A stretch of 64,000 nt of DNA from Bacillota bacterium (GTDB lineage: Bacteria > Bacillota > Clostridia > Lachnospirales > Lachnospiraceae). Below are positions 61,316 to 64,000 of the stretch, in pieces. Both the position numbers and the translations under genes were made by a program. Location: positions 244,260 to 308,259 of the forward strand of contig JAEWSH010000133.1 in the NCBI GenBank assembly GCA_023398375.1, in the 5' to 3' direction. Under the pieces are notes generated by a model. That model made no database searches. It was given only the letters and a program-made list of their open reading frames with translations, and was not told where the DNA came from. Numbering within the stretch: the stretch's first letter is position 1; every line of letters begins with the position of its first letter.

Positions 61316-62443
61316 ATGAAGATAGCGATGATCGGACATAAGCGGATTCCTTCCAGAGAAGGCGGTATTGAAATCGTGGTGGAAGAACTTGCTTCCAGAA
61401 TGGCAGCATGCGGGCACGATGTGACAGTATATAATCGTGGTGGTCATCATGTGGCTGGAAAAGAAAATGATATCGGGCATCAGGCAAAGACATACAGGGG
61501 GATTCATATGGTCACAATACCCACTGTCAATAAAAAATCGCTGAATGCCATTGTGTATGCGACACTTGCTACGATTCGGGCTGTATGCAGCCATTTTGAT
61601 GTCATTCACTATCATGCAGAAGGCTCCTGCGCATTATTATGGTTGCCGCATCTATTGGGAATCCGGACAGTTGCCACGATCCACGGGCTTGACTGGCAGC
61701 GCTCCAAATGGGGTGGATTTGCCACGAGATTTCTGTTATTCGGAGAAAAAATAGCTGTAAAATATGCAGATGAGATCATCGTATTGTCTCAAAATGTGCA
61801 ACAGTATTTTCTGGATACCTATCATAGAAAGACGCGTTTGATTCCGAACGGCATTACCATACCGGAATCAAAGACGGCAGATAAGATCAGTCAGCAGTAT
61901 GGATTGAAAACAAACGAATATATTCTATTCCTGGCTAGAATCGTTCCGGAAAAGGGACTTCATTATCTGATCGAGGCTTACCGCGGCCTGGAAACGGATA
62001 TGCCGCTCGTCATAGCAGGCGGCAGCAGTCATTCCGATGACTATAGGAACAGGATACGCCAACTAGCAGCCGAAGATCAAAGAATCATCATGACCGGATT
62101 CGTGCAGGGACAGTTATTGGAAGAACTGTACAGCAACTGCTACCTGTATGTCCTGCCGAGTGACGTGGAAGGTATGCCGCTCAGCCTACTGGAAGCAATC
62201 AGCTTCGGAAGGATGTGCCTTTGCAGTGATATTCCTGAAAATAAAGAAACAGCAGGAGAACAGGCAGAGTATTTTGAGCACTCTGACGTGGAAGCGTTAA
62301 AAGATGCACTTCAAAATATATTGTACAACACAGAGTTGCGGCAAAATGGGAATGATGAAAAACACGTAAGATCCAGACAGGAATTTGTAAGAATTCTTTA
62401 TGACTGGGAAAAAGTAGTAGAGCAGACAATGGAGTTATACTAA
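61316..62443 (+). CDS. GT4 glycosyltransferase (DUF1972-like N-terminus)
   Basis: MKIAMIGHKRIPSREGGIEIVVEEL, PSDVEGMPLSLLEAISFG. Confidence 0.8.
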   Translation: MKIAMIGHKRIPSREGGIEIVVEELASRMAACGHDVTVYNRGGHHVAGKENDIGHQAKTYRGIHMVTIPTVNKKSLNAIVYATLATIRAVCSHFDVIHYHAEGSCALLWLPHLLGIRTVATIHGLDWQRSKWGGFATRFLLFGEKIAVKYADEIIVLSQNVQQYFLDTYHRKTRLIPNGITIPESKTADKISQQYGLKTNEYILFLARIVPEKGLHYLIEAYRGLETDMPLVIAGGSSHSDDYRNRIRQLAAEDQRIIMTGFVQGQLLEELYSNCYLYVLPSDVEGMPLSLLEAISFGRMCLCSDIPENKETAGEQAEYFEHSDVEALKDALQNILYNTELRQNGNDEKHVRSRQEFVRILYDWEKVVEQTMELY

Positions 62444-63673
62444 ATGAAAATATTAATGGTAAATAAATTTTTATATCCGAATGGCGGTTCCGAGACGTAT
62501 ATCTTTAAAATAGGAGAATATCTGATATCGCAGGGACATGAGGTACAGTATTTTGGTATGGAGCATGAGGGACGGATCGTGGGAAACCACGCAGAATGCT
62601 ATACGAATAACCTGGATTTTCATACAGGGAAACTGCAGAAACTATACTATCCATTTCAGATCCTTTACTCTGTGGATGCCAAAAAAAAGATGTTTACAGT
62701 TTTGAAGGATTTTGAGCCGGATGTGGTGCATCTGAATAATTTTAATTTTCAGCTTACGCCTTCCATCATTTATGCAGTAAAAGAGTATGAAAAAAAGCGG
62801 AACAAACATGTGAAGATCATTTTTACCGCACATGATTATCAGCTGATCTGTCCGAACCATATGCTGCTGGTTCCGGAAAAAAAGGAACTCTGCGAACGAT
62901 GTGTGAAAGGAGCCTTTGTAAATTGTACAACCCATAATTGCATCCATGGCTCTAAAATCAAGAGCCTGCTTGGCAGTATGGAAGGATATTTGTATTGGAT
63001 ACGAAAGACCTATCGATATATCGATACTGTGATATGTCCGAGCCTATTCATGAAAAAGAAGCTGGATGGGAATCCTGTTTTTAAGAACAAGACAATAGCG
63101 TTACACAATTTTATAGATATTCCGGATACCGTTAAAGATAGGGAGGAGGTATCAGAAAACAGATCGGAAAATAACGGATATGTGCTGTATTTTGGAAGAT
63201 ATGCGGAAGAAAAAGGGATCCGTACATTACTCGAAGTGTGTAAAAGATGCAGTCATATTCCATTTCTGTTCGCTGGAAATGGTCCGTTGGAAGCGGCAGT
63301 GAATGAAGTGACGAATATTAAAAATGTTGGTTTTCAGACAGGCCCCGAGTTGGTGCACCTGATACGGAATGCAAAATTTGCAGTGATCCCATCAGAATGG
63401 TATGAAAATTGTCCTTTTTCCGTCATGGAAGCACAGATGTACGGCACACCGGTCATCGGGGCTGATATCGGAGGAATTCCCGAATTGATACAGGAAGGGA
63501 AGACGGGTGAACTCTTTAAGCCAAAAGATGCCGTAGATTTACAGGAGAAGATAGAGGATTTGTGGAGGGATACAAAAAAATCTGAGCAGTATACTAAGAA
63601 TTGTGGTAATATAACATTTGATACACTTGCAGTGTATTGTGAAAAATTAGTTAAGATATATAAACAGGAGTGA
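62444..63673 (+). CDS. GT4 glycosyltransferase
   Basis: MKILMVNKFLYPNGGSETY, PSEWYENCPFSVMEAQMYGTPVIGADIGGIPE. Confidence 0.8.
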   Translation: MKILMVNKFLYPNGGSETYIFKIGEYLISQGHEVQYFGMEHEGRIVGNHAECYTNNLDFHTGKLQKLYYPFQILYSVDAKKKMFTVLKDFEPDVVHLNNFNFQLTPSIIYAVKEYEKKRNKHVKIIFTAHDYQLICPNHMLLVPEKKELCERCVKGAFVNCTTHNCIHGSKIKSLLGSMEGYLYWIRKTYRYIDTVICPSLFMKKKLDGNPVFKNKTIALHNFIDIPDTVKDREEVSENRSENNGYVLYFGRYAEEKGIRTLLEVCKRCSHIPFLFAGNGPLEAAVNEVTNIKNVGFQTGPELVHLIRNAKFAVIPSEWYENCPFSVMEAQMYGTPVIGADIGGIPELIQEGKTGELFKPKDAVDLQEKIEDLWRDTKKSEQYTKNCGNITFDTLAVYCEKLVKIYKQE

Positions 63674-63678
63674 AAAAT

Positions 63679-64000
63679 ATGGCGAAGAGGACATTACATG
63701 GTTCTATCATTATTACGTATAGATGCAATGCGCGCTGCAATATGTGCGATTGCTTCAGGGATCCTTCCAGACCGGAGGAAGAGATCGATCTTGCAACACT
63801 TAAGAAACTTCCGAAGATGGCATTTACCAATATCACAGGCGGAGAACCCTTTATCAGACAGGATATCCACGATATTGTAAGATTATTGTATACAAAGACG
63901 AATCGTATCGTAGTCTCTACGAATGGATACTTTACAGACAGGATCATAAAATTGTGCGAAGAATTCCCGCAGATCGGAATCCGTATCAGTATTGAAGGTC
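63679..64000 (+). CDS. Radical SAM enzyme (5' partial, runs off the window)
   Basis: Not in the track because no stop lies within the window. My translation is MAKRTLHGSIIITYRCNARCNMCDCF...NITGGEPF. It contains CxxxCxxC (C-NAR-C-NM-C) and the GGEP SAM-binding motif. Confidence 0.75.
   Translation, partial: MAKRTLHGSIIITYRCNARCNMCDCFRDPSRPEEEIDLATLKKLPKMAFTNITGGEPFIRQDIHDIVRLLYTKTNRIVVSTNGYFTDRIIKLCEEFPQIGIRISIEG

Noticed and set aside
1-64000. Search for tRNA, rRNA, transposase, integrase, toxin-antitoxin or defence-system genes
   Set aside because: - None was recognised.
- Every ORF >100 aa on the coding strand is accounted for by glycan-biosynthesis families or polytopic membrane proteins.
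- The intergenic space is occupied by the repeat families described above.

Overview
This 64-kb window is a cell-surface glycan (capsule / O-antigen / teichoic-type) biosynthesis super-locus. The genome looks like a low-GC Firmicute (Clostridia-style Shine-Dalgarno sites), but the taxon cannot be fixed without a database search. There are about 50 CDS, and all but one are on the + strand. Most are separated by <50 nt or overlap (ATGA/GTGA start-stop couplings). I saw no rRNA, tRNA, CRISPR, transposase, integrase or phage genes.

Modules in order:
1. pseB-pseC-pseF-pseG (CMP-pseudaminic acid route, with no pseI in the window).
2. GtrA, acyltransferase-3, WecE aminotransferase, GNAT, and an ArnC/GtrB-type polyprenyl-phosphate GT2. 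These are interleaved with three large GT-C-like membrane proteins, one of them the only minus-strand gene.
3. A giant Wzy_C-domain protein, a PglF/CapD dehydratase, a DegT aminotransferase, a small PglC-type phosphoglycosyltransferase, an ATP-grasp ligase, a GT4, and a TviB/TviC-type dehydrogenase plus 4-epimerase.
4. A formyltransferase, DUF2334, GT4s, YfhO, a CotH-kinase-family protein, two AsnB-type amidotransferases, and an FkbH-like / ACP / MBOAT / SGNH cassette.
5. GT2, a GT11 fucosyltransferase, an MsbA/PglK-type ABC exporter, a GT11-like protein, a GT-C, DUF5672, GT17, GT2, and a Wzy-like protein.
6. A WbaP-type initiating transferase, a GT-C, two GT4s, and the start of a radical-SAM gene.

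Most interesting:
- A Dlt-like carrier-protein/MBOAT acylation cassette whose loader is an FkbH-type enzyme instead of a DltA adenylase.
- Several families of structured intergenic repeats at module boundaries. Family A has 4 co-oriented copies with compensatory stem changes. Family B has 5 copies of a nested-palindrome MITE-like element, including an inverted pair 20.6 kb apart. There are also elements C, D and E.

Limits: all homology calls come from motif recognition by eye, not from a search. Repeat coordinates are good to about +/-5 nt.
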